Positions 1 through 9,657 of a DNA stretch of 64,000 nt are shown in pieces. A program made the translations under genes and the position numbers. Each line of letters starts with the position of its first letter. Positions within the stretch are counted from its first letter, which is position 1. The notes beneath the pieces were generated by a model that was not told where the DNA came from, ran no database searches, and saw only the letters and a program-made list of their open reading frames with translations. Location: contig DASXVN010000076.1 in the NCBI GenBank assembly GCA_036504235.1, positions 4,395 to 68,394 on the forward strand, in the 5' to 3' direction. The DNA is from Armatimonadota bacterium. GTDB lineage: Bacteria > Armatimonadota > Zipacnadia > Zipacnadales > Zipacnadaceae.

Positions 1-793
1 GGCCCGCGGACAGCTAGAGCTGGCCGAGGCCCAACCATTGCTCTTCCCGCGAGAGATCTGCGACCCGCAGGTCGCCACGAGAACCCTGCGCCAGGCCCTG
101 AACCGGGCGATGGATGAGGGCTGGGGCGGGTTGCGGCTGACTGCGGAGATGGCGGCAGGCCTGAATCAGGGGGCCGCCGGCGGAGAACTGCTGGGCTATG
201 AGTGTCTCTCCAATGCTCTCTTCCCCGATCACCTGCTCATCGCGCTCTGCCAGTACGACCGCCGCCGGTTTGACTCCGCCCAACTGCTGGAGGCGCTAGC
301 CTTGCACTCGGAGGTGGTGACCCCCACGGGGCGTCACGACAACTTCTACTTCAGCGCGCCGCCATACCTCACCCGGTCCGAGCCGGCGGAGAGTCTCCTG
401 CAGCACCGCCTGGAGCGCCTGGAGCGGCGCACCGCACAGGCGCGGACACTAGATGAAGACCTGGAGTTTGCGACCGCGGTGCTGGACGCTATGGCCGCTC
501 CGGTGCTGGTGCTGGACGCCTCGGGTCGCCTGGTCTTTGCCAATATCTCGGGAGAACAACTGCTGGGGGAGCCGGCGGAGAAGCTACGGGGGCGGTTGGT
601 CTGGGAGGTGCTCGAGGTGCAGGAAGGGCCGGGGGCGCTGCGCGACTTGGTCCGAGGCGGTACGGAGGAGGGCTCGACACCCCCCGCGCCGCCGGAGCTC
701 CTGACGCAGAACGGGCGCCGCCGCTGTTACCTAACGCGCCCCCACCTACCGGGGGGGCGCGCGTCGGGACACTTAGTTCTCACTGTGGTCTAG
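1..793 (+). CDS. Sensor protein with MEDS-like domain followed by PAS domain; 5' end lies outside the window
   Basis: Frame is open from window start to TAG at 791-793. The ...LLIALCQYDRRRF... region resembles the MEDS sensory domain; ...AVLDAMAAPVLVLDASGRLVFANISGEQLLG... is PAS-like. Convergent with the ECF sigma gene. Confidence 0.5.
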   Translation, partial: ARGQLELAEAQPLLFPREICDPQVATRTLRQALNRAMDEGWGGLRLTAEMAAGLNQGAAGGELLGYECLSNALFPDHLLIALCQYDRRRFDSAQLLEALALHSEVVTPTGRHDNFYFSAPPYLTRSEPAESLLQHRLERLERRTAQARTLDEDLEFATAVLDAMAAPVLVLDASGRLVFANISGEQLLGEPAEKLRGRLVWEVLEVQEGPGALRDLVRGGTEEGSTPPAPPELLTQNGRRRCYLTRPHLPGGRASGHLVLTVV

Positions 794-801
794 CGCCACC
801 G

Positions 802-1588
802 TTAGGCCGTGGCCCGGTCCAGGCACAGCTCCTGGAAATACTCCTCGGGCAGGCGGTGACGGAGCTTGTCCCGCAACTGGCAGCGGGCGTTGAACAGGCG
901 GCTCTTGACCGTGCCCAGCGGGCAGCCCAGGATCGTGGCGATCTCCTCGTAGCTGAGCCCCTGCAGGTCATACAGAATCACGACGGGCCGGAGCTTGGGG
1001 GACAACTCGGAGATGGCGGCCCAGACCTCGCGGCGCACGTCTCCGGCTTCCACTTCTTCCACCGGCGTCCGGGAGGAGCTGTCGACCGGATCGCGCGAGA
1101 GCATGGAGTCCTCGTCTTCCCGCGGCTCGTCCAGGGAGAGCGTGTTCCCCTCGCGGCGCAGCCGGCGGCGCGAAGCATCAATGGTGAGGTTGGCGGCGAT
1201 GCGATACAGCCACGTCTGGAAGCTGGCGTCGCCCCGGAAATGAGGGAGAGCCTGGTAGGCGCGGACGAACGTCTCCTGCGCCAGGTCCTCCGCGTCGGCG
1301 GGGTCCCGGAGCATCCGGGCGATGTAGCTATAGATGCGGCCCTGGTAGTGCTTGATGAGGCACTCGAAGGCGGCGTCGTTGCCGTCCCGGGCCTGGGCCA
1401 CCAGCAGCGGCACACTGTCCTCCAAGGACGGGGAGCCCCAGGGAGCGGTGGCCAGCGTCGCGTCCGGGGACTGCTCGGGAGCCCTCGCGGAACCAACCGA
1501 GGCGGCGGGGCGCTCGGCGACGGCAGTGCCCGCGGCGGATTCTTTGAGAGTGGATCTGGAACTGACTTGAGAGTTCACGCGGCTCATG
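802..1588 (-). CDS. ECF-type RNA polymerase sigma-70 factor
   Basis: Sigma-70 region 2 (...AEDLAQETFVRAYQALPHFRG...WLYRIAANLTID...) and region 4 (...LSYEEIATILGCPLGTVKSRL...). Internal ATG at 1588-1586 is preceded by a GGGGAG RBS; the longer ORF to 1707 is probably N-terminal over-extension. Confidence 0.8.
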
Positions 1589-1738
1589 TGTTGCTCCCCC
1601 TGTCGTTCTCTACGGTCGTGCAACCCAACGGTCGTAAAGATACACTTTCGCGTCGAGAGCAACAATCGGGGATCCACTGATATGTTTCCGCCTTTTACCT
1701 GAGGCACCCCCGGCGAGCGGGGGGTGCCGCCCAGGCGG

Positions 1739-2848
1739 CTAGGGGTGGCGTTTGTGGCCGCCGCCCAGCCAGCCGAGCTTCCAGAAGCGCCACAGCATGA
1801 ACAGACTGATGGCCACCATCACCGCCCAGACCCCGAGGTACCCATAGGGCGAGTACAGCTCCGGCATGTTCCAGGGCAGCACGCGGCTGGGCGGAGGCTC
1901 CGTCTGGAAGTTCATCCCGTAGACGCCCACGATGAAAGTCAGGGGGATGAAGATGGTGGCGATGATGGTCAGCACCTTCATGATTTCGTTGGTGCGGTTG
2001 GCCACGCTGGACAAGTAGGCGTTCATCAGTTCGCTGGTGATGTCCTGGTAGGTATCAAGGACCTCGATGATCTCGATGAGGTGATCCTCGCTATCGCGGA
2101 GCAGATGCGCGACCTCTTCACTGACCAGCGGGGCGCCGTCGCGGATCAACTCGGACACTACCTGCCGCTGGGGCCAGACCGAGCGGCGCATGGTGAGGAT
2201 TGCTCGGCGCAGGGCGTAGATGCGCTGCATGATCGGGGGCCGGGGATCGCCCACGGCCTCCTCCTCCACTGCCTCCATCACCTCCCCCAACCGTTCCAGC
2301 AGCGGGAAGTAGGCATCGATGACGGTGTCCATAATGGAGTACATCAGGTAATCGGTGCCACAGTGGCGGACGGGGCACGCGGGCGAGCGCAGGCGCCGCC
2401 GCACCGGCTCCAGCGCATCGACGCTGCCTTGCTGGAAGGTCAGGACGTAGTTCTTGCCCAGGAAGAGGCTGAGCTGATGGGGGCGGACCCGCTCCTGCTC
2501 CTCCTCGGGGACGATCACGCCGTGGATGACGATGAAGGCCTGCGCCTCGGCGATCTCGGCCTTGGGGCGCTGGGGGGTATTGACCACATCGGCGAGGGCC
2601 AGCGGATCAATATGGAAGAGGTCGCCCAAGCGCCGGATGACGCTCTCGTCCCCCAGCCCCTGGACATGCAGCCAGGTGATGCTGTGCTCGTCGAGGTAGG
2701 GAAGCACCTCCTCGGGGGAGGCCAGTTCCTTCTCGACGATCTCGTCGGCGGCGTAGTCCATGAGGATCAGTCGCGGCTTCGGCTCCTCCGGCACAGCGGC
2801 CATCGCTCCAGGTTGCGCCCCCACGGGCGGTCGGCGGCGGTCAAACAT
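1739..2848 (-). CDS. corA: Magnesium/cobalt transporter CorA
   Basis: C-terminal two TM helices with the YGMNF (GMN) signature. Start MFDRRR at 2848 is preceded by an AAGGAGA RBS. Confidence 0.8.
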   Translation of the reverse strand: MFDRRRPPVGAQPGAMAAVPEEPKPRLILMDYAADEIVEKELASPEEVLPYLDEHSITWLHVQGLGDESVIRRLGDLFHIDPLALADVVNTPQRPKAEIAEAQAFIVIHGVIVPEEEQERVRPHQLSLFLGKNYVLTFQQGSVDALEPVRRRLRSPACPVRHCGTDYLMYSIMDTVIDAYFPLLERLGEVMEAVEEEAVGDPRPPIMQRIYALRRAILTMRRSVWPQRQVVSELIRDGAPLVSEEVAHLLRDSEDHLIEIIEVLDTYQDITSELMNAYLSSVANRTNEIMKVLTIIATIFIPLTFIVGVYGMNFQTEPPPSRVLPWNMPELYSPYGYLGVWAVMVAISLFMLWRFWKLGWLGGGHKRHP

Positions 2849-2916
2849 GGTTGTCTCCTTGTCGGGCGGACTGGTGCGGGTGACCATCGCCGCGCGGACG
2901 CGACGAAAGCCGCCCC

Positions 2917-4368
2917 CTACGGCGTCAGACTCAGCGCCCGCCACTTCTTCCCGTCGTAGAACATCGGCCCCGGCTGGTGATCGGCGGTGTTGATCCCGCT
3001 GTCTACGGCCAGGTCGCCGAGCTTCGGATTGGGGAGCTTGGTCACGTCGCAGGGCGACAGATTCAGCAGCGCGGGCAGGCCGCCGGAGCCCTGATAGGTG
3101 CGGGTGACGCCGCCGTCCTCCAGGGCGCGCACCACGTTGCCGCTGTCCTCGCCCTTGACCACCAAGTCCTCGCGGCGGGCCACGGTGAACTCGTTGCCAC
3201 TCCCGCCCGCCTCCAGCACCACGGACTTGCCGCGCGGGTAGGAGGCCTCAAAGTCGCCCTTCGCGTTCTTGGTGAACAGCGTCGGGTAGTTGTCCAGAAT
3301 CTCCAGCTTGCTGTCGCGCAGGGGCGACTCGAATCGAACCATGCGGTAGTTGTCCGCGCCGGGAGCGTACTTCACGTAGATCCCGTCGTAGATGACCAGC
3401 CCCAGCCCGCTGACCTCCCACAAGCGCCCCGCCCCGCCCGGCTCGTAGGAGATCGGCTCGGCGGAACCGGACACCCACTCACCGGTGTGCACGCGCACAT
3501 TGTCCACCAGCCCCCGGGCCAGCAGGCAGTGCTCGGCGCGCTCGCCCTCGATGCGCACGCCCTCGATAGACACTGCGCCCACGCGCCCCCCGCCGTGCGT
3601 GCCGTCCAGCAGAATCCCGGTCAGGCCGGTGGCCGAGAAATAGCCGCCGTAGATCGCCAGGTCGCTGGTGGAGGGACCGCAGACCCACAGGTCCACGCAC
3701 TTGCCCCCGCCCCAGGCGGCCCAGGTGCAGCCGTAGAACTTGAACTCGGTGTTGGAGCAGCCGGCGGTCAGCTCGTGGTAGGGGCTTTTAACCTTCCAGT
3801 AGTTCACGGGGGCGATGATGAAGCCGACCCCATCCTTGGCCTTCTGGATGAAGTAGCAGTTGTACCAGCGACATACCTCGGAGGCGAGGCAGTAGACGCC
3901 GGCCACGCTGAAGGACCCGTCCACCATCACGTTGGTGAAGAACCCGTTGCAGCCGCCGTTGCCGGTCTCGCGGGCCAGGAGCAGGCCGATGTTGGCAGTA
4001 TCCGAGACGATCTTCAGGTCGCGCATGGTGACATAGGTGCTGTCGGTCAGGTCCACCACCGGCTGGTCCTTCATCTTGCCGACGAGGGTGGTATTGAGCA
4101 TCCCCGAGCCGGTAAGCGTGATGAAATCGCCGGAATGGGGGTACTTAGCGTCGCGCGGCCGCGTGTTGCGCCCGGTCAGGTCGAGGGTCTTGTCGAGGAC
4201 ATAATTGCCCGGCGGCAAAACCACCTCGCCCCCACCTTCCGGCAAAGCGTCCACCGCGGCCTGGAGATTAGGAAAGTCAGCAGCGTTGACCCGCGCCGGC
4301 TTGGCGTCAGCCGCCCAGGCGAGGGTCGGGAGAAGCAGGAGCAGCAAAGCAACGTGCATGGTGCGCAT
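2917..4368 (-). CDS. Secreted right-handed beta-helix protein (pectate-lyase superfamily-like)
   Basis: N-terminal signal peptide MRTMHVALLLLLLPTLAWA and a pectate_lyase_3-like N-terminal motif (VVLPPGNYVLDKTLDL). GAGGTG RBS. Followed by a Gly-rich repetitive beta-helix region. Confidence 0.55.
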   Translation of the reverse strand: MRTMHVALLLLLLPTLAWAADAKPARVNAADFPNLQAAVDALPEGGGEVVLPPGNYVLDKTLDLTGRNTRPRDAKYPHSGDFITLTGSGMLNTTLVGKMKDQPVVDLTDSTYVTMRDLKIVSDTANIGLLLARETGNGGCNGFFTNVMVDGSFSVAGVYCLASEVCRWYNCYFIQKAKDGVGFIIAPVNYWKVKSPYHELTAGCSNTEFKFYGCTWAAWGGGKCVDLWVCGPSTSDLAIYGGYFSATGLTGILLDGTHGGGRVGAVSIEGVRIEGERAEHCLLARGLVDNVRVHTGEWVSGSAEPISYEPGGAGRLWEVSGLGLVIYDGIYVKYAPGADNYRMVRFESPLRDSKLEILDNYPTLFTKNAKGDFEASYPRGKSVVLEAGGSGNEFTVARREDLVVKGEDSGNVVRALEDGGVTRTYQGSGGLPALLNLSPCDVTKLPNPKLGDLAVDSGINTADHQPGPMFYDGKKWRALSLTP

Positions 4369-4377
4369 GGAATCACC

Positions 4378-5340
4378 TCAGTCGAGTTCAATCCGTTTGG
4401 GCGGCTCGTCTCGTCTTTCCTCCGCCTCCGCCTGGGCCTGGCGGAGCAGGCGGCGGCCCCGCTCACCGATTACTGCCGCCCAAACCAGGCCGCCGAGTAT
4501 CGTCACTACCCCAGTTACCGCTACGAACCAAACGAGTACGTCGCTTGCGGACGCCATAGTCAGAGGCAGGCCGGACAACAAGAGTACCAGACCTACTATC
4601 CCGCTCCAGATGACGATTCGATTGGAGTCCTCGCGCAGTCGCTGAGCCTCCACGCGCTCAAACTCAGGAAGCAGCGAGTCGGGTACCGCTGCCTCCACCA
4701 CCTCCTCCACGGGCACCCGGAGGGGGCTGCCTCCCAGGCGGCGACGGAGAGGCAGATAGTACATAACCCACAACGGCAGACTCGCCAGCAACGGCCACAA
4801 CCACGGTGGGCGGTACACCAGCCACCCCCCGACGAAGAAGGCCAGGAAGGCGGCAGTAACCGCCAGCGATCCAACCGTCGCCAGAATCAGGTTGAGCAGG
4901 GGCGTGCTGGGGCCCAGTTCCCGCCATGCTCGTACCCAGGCCGGTCCCGCATAGAGGGCCCAGAGCAAGACCACGCCGAGGTTGAAGGCCTCTCTGAACC
5001 GGGGAGCGAGGCCGGGCGCGAAGGGCTCAACTAGAGGCGCCTCCACCCATACTAATGCCGCCAGGACCCATCCCCAACCCAGGAGCGAGATCGAGTGTCC
5101 CTGCCGCCGCCGAGCCAGCACGCCCAGTGCCAGCAGGCACACTACCGTCACGGTTCCGCCCGCGGCCATCCACTGGCCCAGGTGATTCGTCCACGGCGGC
5201 GTCCCGAGTTGCTCAAGGACCGCGCCTACGCCGACCGGCGTCAAGCCGAGCAGGAACCACAGCACCAGGCGGGGCTGTTGCTCCATCGCCCGCACCAGTT
5301 CATTCACCGGCTGGTCGAAGACCGACACCTGCCGTGTCAT
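4378..5340 (-). CDS. Polytopic membrane protein of unknown function
   Basis: About 8 predicted hydrophobic helices. Internal ATG at 5340 with GGAGGGAG RBS. Sits 9 nt upstream of the beta-helix gene on the same strand. Confidence 0.5.
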   Translation of the reverse strand: MTRQVSVFDQPVNELVRAMEQQPRLVLWFLLGLTPVGVGAVLEQLGTPPWTNHLGQWMAAGGTVTVVCLLALGVLARRRQGHSISLLGWGWVLAALVWVEAPLVEPFAPGLAPRFREAFNLGVVLLWALYAGPAWVRAWRELGPSTPLLNLILATVGSLAVTAAFLAFFVGGWLVYRPPWLWPLLASLPLWVMYYLPLRRRLGGSPLRVPVEEVVEAAVPDSLLPEFERVEAQRLREDSNRIVIWSGIVGLVLLLSGLPLTMASASDVLVWFVAVTGVVTILGGLVWAAVIGERGRRLLRQAQAEAEERRDEPPKRIELD

Positions 5341-5417
5341 ATGGCTCCCTCCGGCACTCGCTAAGAATTGAGACGACACCGGGCCCGAGAGGGATTACGC
5401 CCCGCCACCTCACTCGC

Positions 5418-6560
5418 CTACTTCTCCCCCCACCTCACCCGCGGGCCGCCGGGCTGCGAGGTTACGTCGTAGCCATGCCGCTTCGCCCACTGGCGGGCGG
5501 CGTTGTCGAGGGCGTCGCTACCGCAGTTGAGGTAGTCCTCGGCCAGGGTCTTGTCATTAGCGACCTCCAAGAGGCTCCCCAGGCGTTGCTCGGAACCGGG
5601 AATCCCCAGCTTGATCGCCAGGAACAGCACCTGCATCCGCGACGGTGGCCCCACGACTACCCCGCCATGCTGCAGGTAGCTCTGCTGGGGTCCGAGTTCC
5701 TCGTCGGGGCCCTTGACCTCGGGCCGCTGGACCGCCCGCGCCAGTGCCTCGGTCGCCCCGGTGTCGGCCGCCTGCAGGACATCATAGACCTCCAGGGCGG
5801 GGTCCTGCTCGCCGCCCAACCACGTGCCCGATTCGCTGAGGTGACCGGCAGCGTAGGTTACCAGCGCGTCCAGGGCGGCGCCGGCCTCCGGGGCCGAGGA
5901 GCCGATTCTCCCCAGCACTGCGGCCGCTTTCATGGCTAGGCGTGGGTCACTGTCCGCCAGCAGGGGCACCAGGGCCGGCTCCGCCGAGGGCTGCTCGGCG
6001 GCGATCCGGCGGGTGGCCTTCACGTTTTCTTCCGGAGAGGCTTCGCCCTGGAAGAACGTAAAACGAGGGTTATCTCGATTGAGCAGAAAGTCGAGCGCCG
6101 CCTGCCGGGTGCGGGGCCGGTCCGCCGCCAGGCAGGCGACCCACGCGCGCTCGGCGGCACGCTCCCGAGCGGCGCGGACCGGTCCGGAGCCAACCCACCA
6201 GGTGAAACCGGCAGCCGCCAAGAGCGCCGCCAAAGCCAGCGCGGCGGTCCTGAGCGTGAGGGGCAACTGTCTTCGGCGGCTAGAAGCCTTTCTCCGCTTC
6301 GTCGGCCAGACCAGAAAGACCAGGCCCCCGGCCACCGCCCAGAGGCCGGCGCCGGCGTACACCATCCCGTCCCAACTCGGGCCGTTACCCCGGAGCCGGT
6401 CTGCCCCCCACCAGCCCAGGAGAACGACCGGCGTCCCGAAGGCCGCCAGTAGCAGGAGGGCGACGAAACCGAACGAAAGAATTGTGCCGATCAGTTCGCC
6501 CGCCGTCAGCTTGGTCTTCGGCGCGGGCGCTCCCGGCTGTGATTCTGTGATGAAACTCAC
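5418..6560 (-). CDS. Membrane-anchored HEAT/ARM-like repeat protein (paralog A)
   Basis: N-terminal TM segments followed by HEAT-like repeats (...LVPLLADSDPRLAMKAAAVLGRIG...). C-terminal region (AEDYLNCGSDALDNAARQWAKRHGYDV) is paralogous to the 6604-7722 protein. Confidence 0.5.
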   Translation of the reverse strand: MSFITESQPGAPAPKTKLTAGELIGTILSFGFVALLLLAAFGTPVVLLGWWGADRLRGNGPSWDGMVYAGAGLWAVAGGLVFLVWPTKRRKASSRRRQLPLTLRTAALALAALLAAAGFTWWVGSGPVRAARERAAERAWVACLAADRPRTRQAALDFLLNRDNPRFTFFQGEASPEENVKATRRIAAEQPSAEPALVPLLADSDPRLAMKAAAVLGRIGSSAPEAGAALDALVTYAAGHLSESGTWLGGEQDPALEVYDVLQAADTGATEALARAVQRPEVKGPDEELGPQQSYLQHGGVVVGPPSRMQVLFLAIKLGIPGSEQRLGSLLEVANDKTLAEDYLNCGSDALDNAARQWAKRHGYDVTSQPGGPRVRWGEK

Positions 6561-6603
6561 CTCTGTGTCTGACTCGCGTTAGCTTTTCCTCGGCGCGGCG
6601 CAC

Positions 6604-7722
6604 CTAAGGCTTTCCCCAGCCCCAGCCGCCGGAGCCGGTGCCTTCAGTCCGCCTCTCCTCCACCTGGTAGTCGTTAGCGGCGGCCCATTTGCGCGCGGCC
6701 CGGTCGAGCGCGTCGCTCCCGTGGTTCAAGTACGCCTCCGCGATACCCGGGTCACCCTGGGTGTCCAGGAGGCCGGCCAGGCGGGGCTCGGAGCCGGGAA
6801 TCCCCAGCCTAATGGCGAGCATAACCAACTGCAGGCGCGAAGGCGCGTATCCCTCGGGCCCGGTTATCGCGCGCATCAGCAGTTCAGTGGTGGTCCCCCC
6901 GGCGTCCCGCAGCGCCTCATAGGCCAGCGCGCCGTCTCGCCGAGGGTCCGCTCCGCCCGGGGAGGTCGCGAGGTAGCTGATCAGCGCGTCCAGAGCGGCC
7001 GGCAGCTCGGGCGCCGGCGAGCCGGCCCGCGTGAGCAGGGCCGCCGCTCCCGTCCGGAGGAGCGGGTCCTCGTCCGCGAGCAGGCGCACCAACGCCGGCT
7101 CGACCTGCGGCTGCTCGGAAAACAGGCGGCGGCTGGCTTTCGCCTCCGCGGCCCGCTTCTCGTTCGCGTCCACGGGGGAGTTCCCCGCGGGGCTCAGAAG
7201 GAACGTAAGCGCGGCCTGCCGTTCCGGGGGGTCGGGGCTACCTAGTTCGACGATCCAAGCCCGCTCCGCGGCGAATCGGCGGGACGGATAGGCTGGTCCC
7301 TCCGGACAGACCGACCACGTGAAGACGCCGGCCACCAGGCAGGCGGCCGCGGTCAGAACCCAGGTCCACCGCGCCCGCGCTCGCCGGAGCGGGTGATCGA
7401 AAGCCGTACGACGTACCGCCAGGGCTCCCCGCACGGCCACCACCACCGGCACCGCCCACAAAGCAATCCCGACAAAGACCACCCAGTCGCAACTCGGGCC
7501 CGGGCAGCGCAGGGTGGCAGCGACCCCCCGGCCGATGAGGTAGACAAATAACGCCGGCAAGGCCAGCAACCAGAGGGCCGGCACGAGCATGGCCAGCCAC
7601 GACCCGTCACCCAGGTCCGTCTGCAAGAGTTGGCGAACTGAGCCAGCCCGTTCCGAGCGCGGCGGCTCTTCTTCGTCAGTCAAACTGGAATTGGCCGGCG
7701 GTGTTTCAGACACAGAACTCAC
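6604..7722 (-). CDS. Membrane-anchored HEAT/ARM-like repeat protein (paralog B), translationally coupled to recN
   Basis: GTG start at 7722-7720 overlaps the recN TGA stop (GTGA). Has a low-complexity N-terminus, TM helices and the same C-terminal domain as paralog A (AEAYLNHGSDALDRAARKWAAANDYQV). ORF-finder start at 7932 would overlap recN by 214 nt. Confidence 0.5.
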   Translation of the reverse strand: MSSVSETPPANSSLTDEEEPPRSERAGSVRQLLQTDLGDGSWLAMLVPALWLLALPALFVYLIGRGVAATLRCPGPSCDWVVFVGIALWAVPVVVAVRGALAVRRTAFDHPLRRARARWTWVLTAAACLVAGVFTWSVCPEGPAYPSRRFAAERAWIVELGSPDPPERQAALTFLLSPAGNSPVDANEKRAAEAKASRRLFSEQPQVEPALVRLLADEDPLLRTGAAALLTRAGSPAPELPAALDALISYLATSPGGADPRRDGALAYEALRDAGGTTTELLMRAITGPEGYAPSRLQLVMLAIRLGIPGSEPRLAGLLDTQGDPGIAEAYLNHGSDALDRAARKWAAANDYQVEERRTEGTGSGGWGWGKP

Positions 7723-9440
7723 CTTTTCTTGGCCCGCGCCAGCATTTCTTCGGCGTGGCGGCGGGCCGTCTCTTGGTCCTCGCGGGCGCCCATCATCCGG
7801 GCTAGCTCCGCTACCCGCTGCTCGCCGGTCAGGGTCTCCGCGGCGATCACCGTCCGCTCGCCGGAGACTACCTTGTTGACCGCCACCTGCTGGTCGGCGA
7901 GGCTGGCGATCTGGGCGAGGTGGGTCACGCACAGCACCTGAGCCTGGAGCGCCACGGAGGCCAGCTTCTCGGCCACCGCGTGCGCCGTGACGCCGCCGAT
8001 GCCCACGTCAATCTCATCGAAAACAATGGTCGGCACCGCCGTGGCCGGGGCGCACAGGGACTTGAAAGCCAGCATCAGGCGGGACAACTCGCCGCCGCTG
8101 GCGACCGCGGACAGGGGCCGCAGCGGCTCGCCCGCGTTGGCCGAGAGCAGGAAGCGCACCTGGTCCAACCCCCGGGCGCTGGCCGCGTAGCGCTTTCCGT
8201 CCGCGGCGGGGAGGCCCTCCGGGTCCGGCTCGCGCTCGAACTCCACCGCGAACTGGCCCTGCTCCATACCCAGGGGCTGCATCTCGGCGACCATCGCCGC
8301 CTCGAGCGCGCGGGCCTGCTCCTGCCGGGCCTGCGAGAGGGCCTCGGCGGCGGCGCCAGCCGCCGCGCGGGCTTTCTCCAGCTCGGCGTCCAGTTGCGCC
8401 CGCCGGTCCTCCAGGTTCTGCAGGTCCCGCAACTCCGCTTCCGCCCGCTGACCGTAGGCGAGAATCTCGGCCAGGCTCTCGCCATACTTGCGCCGCAGGC
8501 GGTCCAGGAGCGTCAGGCGCTCCTCGGCCTGCGCCAGCCGGCGGGGGTCAAAATCCAACTGGCTCGCGTAGCCCTGCAGGGTGCGCGCGGCCTCCCTCAG
8601 GATCGTCTCGGCGGTGACCAGCTCCGCAATCACCGGCTGCAGCGACTCGTCAAAGCGCGTCGCCTCGTGCAGGGAGGCCTGCGCCGCCGCCGTGGTCTCC
8701 GCCGCGCCCTGGCCCTCGCCCCAGTCGCCCTCCAGGTTGCGGAGGGCCTCCTCCACAATCTCGCGCAGCCGCTCGGCGTGCGCCAGCCGCCGGTGCTCGG
8801 CGGGGAGCGCCTCATCGGCGGTCAGGTCAAGCTGCGCCTCCTCCAGTTCCTGCACCTGGAAGCTGAGCAGGTCCAGGCGCTGCGCCCGGTCCCGCTCGGC
8901 AGCCAGCAGGCGCTCGCGCTCCTGCTGCAAGGCCCGGAAGCAGCTCCAGGCCTGCTCCCAGGCTAGACGGACGGGCTGCAGGGTGGGTCCGGCGAAGGTG
9001 TCGAGGAAGTCGAGGTGGCTGGGTTCGTGGATGAGCGCCTGATGCTCGTGCTGGCCGTGGATGTCCACCAGCCGCTCGCCGAGGCTGCGCACGACCGTGC
9101 GCGTGCTGGTGCGGCCGCCGACATAGTAGGAGCTGCGGCCCGCCTCAATCTTGCGGGCAATCAACAGCAGGCCGTCCTCCGGCTCCAGTCCGGCCTCGTC
9201 GAGCAAGGCCTCCAGGTCGGTGCGCCCGGCCACGTCGAAGAGCCCCTCCACCCAGGCCGCGGTGGCGCCGGAGCGGATATACTCGGCGCTGGCCGGCCCG
9301 CCCAGCAGGGCGCCCAGCGCGTCAATGAGGATGGACTTGCCCGCGCCGGTCTCGCCGGTCAGGGCGGTGAAGCCCGCCGCCAGCGGCAGCCGCAGACTCT
9401 CAACCAGGGCGAAGTTCTCGATGTACAGTTCGCGGAGCAT
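7719..9440 (-). CDS. recN: DNA repair protein RecN
   Basis: N-terminal Walker A (GETGAGKSILIDAL), long coiled-coil, C-terminal SMC-like signature/Walker B; 573 aa. Confidence 0.9.
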   Translation of the reverse strand: MLRELYIENFALVESLRLPLAAGFTALTGETGAGKSILIDALGALLGGPASAEYIRSGATAAWVEGLFDVAGRTDLEALLDEAGLEPEDGLLLIARKIEAGRSSYYVGGRTSTRTVVRSLGERLVDIHGQHEHQALIHEPSHLDFLDTFAGPTLQPVRLAWEQAWSCFRALQQERERLLAAERDRAQRLDLLSFQVQELEEAQLDLTADEALPAEHRRLAHAERLREIVEEALRNLEGDWGEGQGAAETTAAAQASLHEATRFDESLQPVIAELVTAETILREAARTLQGYASQLDFDPRRLAQAEERLTLLDRLRRKYGESLAEILAYGQRAEAELRDLQNLEDRRAQLDAELEKARAAAGAAAEALSQARQEQARALEAAMVAEMQPLGMEQGQFAVEFEREPDPEGLPAADGKRYAASARGLDQVRFLLSANAGEPLRPLSAVASGGELSRLMLAFKSLCAPATAVPTIVFDEIDVGIGGVTAHAVAEKLASVALQAQVLCVTHLAQIASLADQQVAVNKVVSGERTVIAAETLTGEQRVAELARMMGAREDQETARRHAEEMLARAKKR

Positions 9441-9502
9441 GGTGGTATGTGGACCCTGGGCCGGTTAGGGCCAGGGCTCTTTCGGAGGGGCCGAATACGA
9501 GG

Positions 9503-9521
9503 GAGTTTGCCATGCAAACTC
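9503..9521. promoter_or_regulatory. Perfect palindrome GAGTTTGC-CAT-GCAAACTC upstream of recN (candidate operator)
   Basis: 8-bp inverted repeat with a 3-nt spacer, 63-81 nt upstream of the recN start. AT-richer than its surroundings. Function inferred only from its position in front of an SOS-type gene. Confidence 0.3.
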
Positions 9522-9657
9522 CACGAAGTATCCGGCCCACGGCTAGCGCTAAGCCCTGGGCCGGATGCTTGCGGCGTCCTGCTACGCAGGCCGTCCTCGC
9601 ATGCGGCCCCTCCCGGAAACGACTACTGCAAACGGCTGGCCCGCCCCTACGCGCGAC

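Noticed and set aside
856-1680. 274-aa plus-strand ORF antisense to the ECF sigma gene
   Set aside because: Lies entirely opposite a well-supported sigma-70 CDS. Low-complexity Gly/Ala/Arg-rich translation typical of antisense frames in high-GC DNA.
1706-1731. Hairpin GGCACCCCCGGCGAGCGGGGGGTGCC between corA and the sigma factor gene as an intrinsic terminator
   Set aside because: Good 9-bp stem, but no U-tract follows on the minus strand, which is the direction of corA transcription. Recorded only as a possible structure, not called as a terminator.
1724-5034. Long plus-strand ORFs (411 aa at 1724-2959; 685 aa at 2977-5034) opposite corA, the beta-helix gene and the membrane protein
   Set aside because: No recognisable domains; Ala/Gly/Arg/Pro-rich. 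They overlap minus-strand genes that have RBSs and clear homology. High GC suppresses stop codons in antisense frames.
7920-8966. 348-aa plus-strand ORF opposite recN
   Set aside because: Antisense to RecN, Arg/Leu/Gly/Gln low-complexity, no start context.
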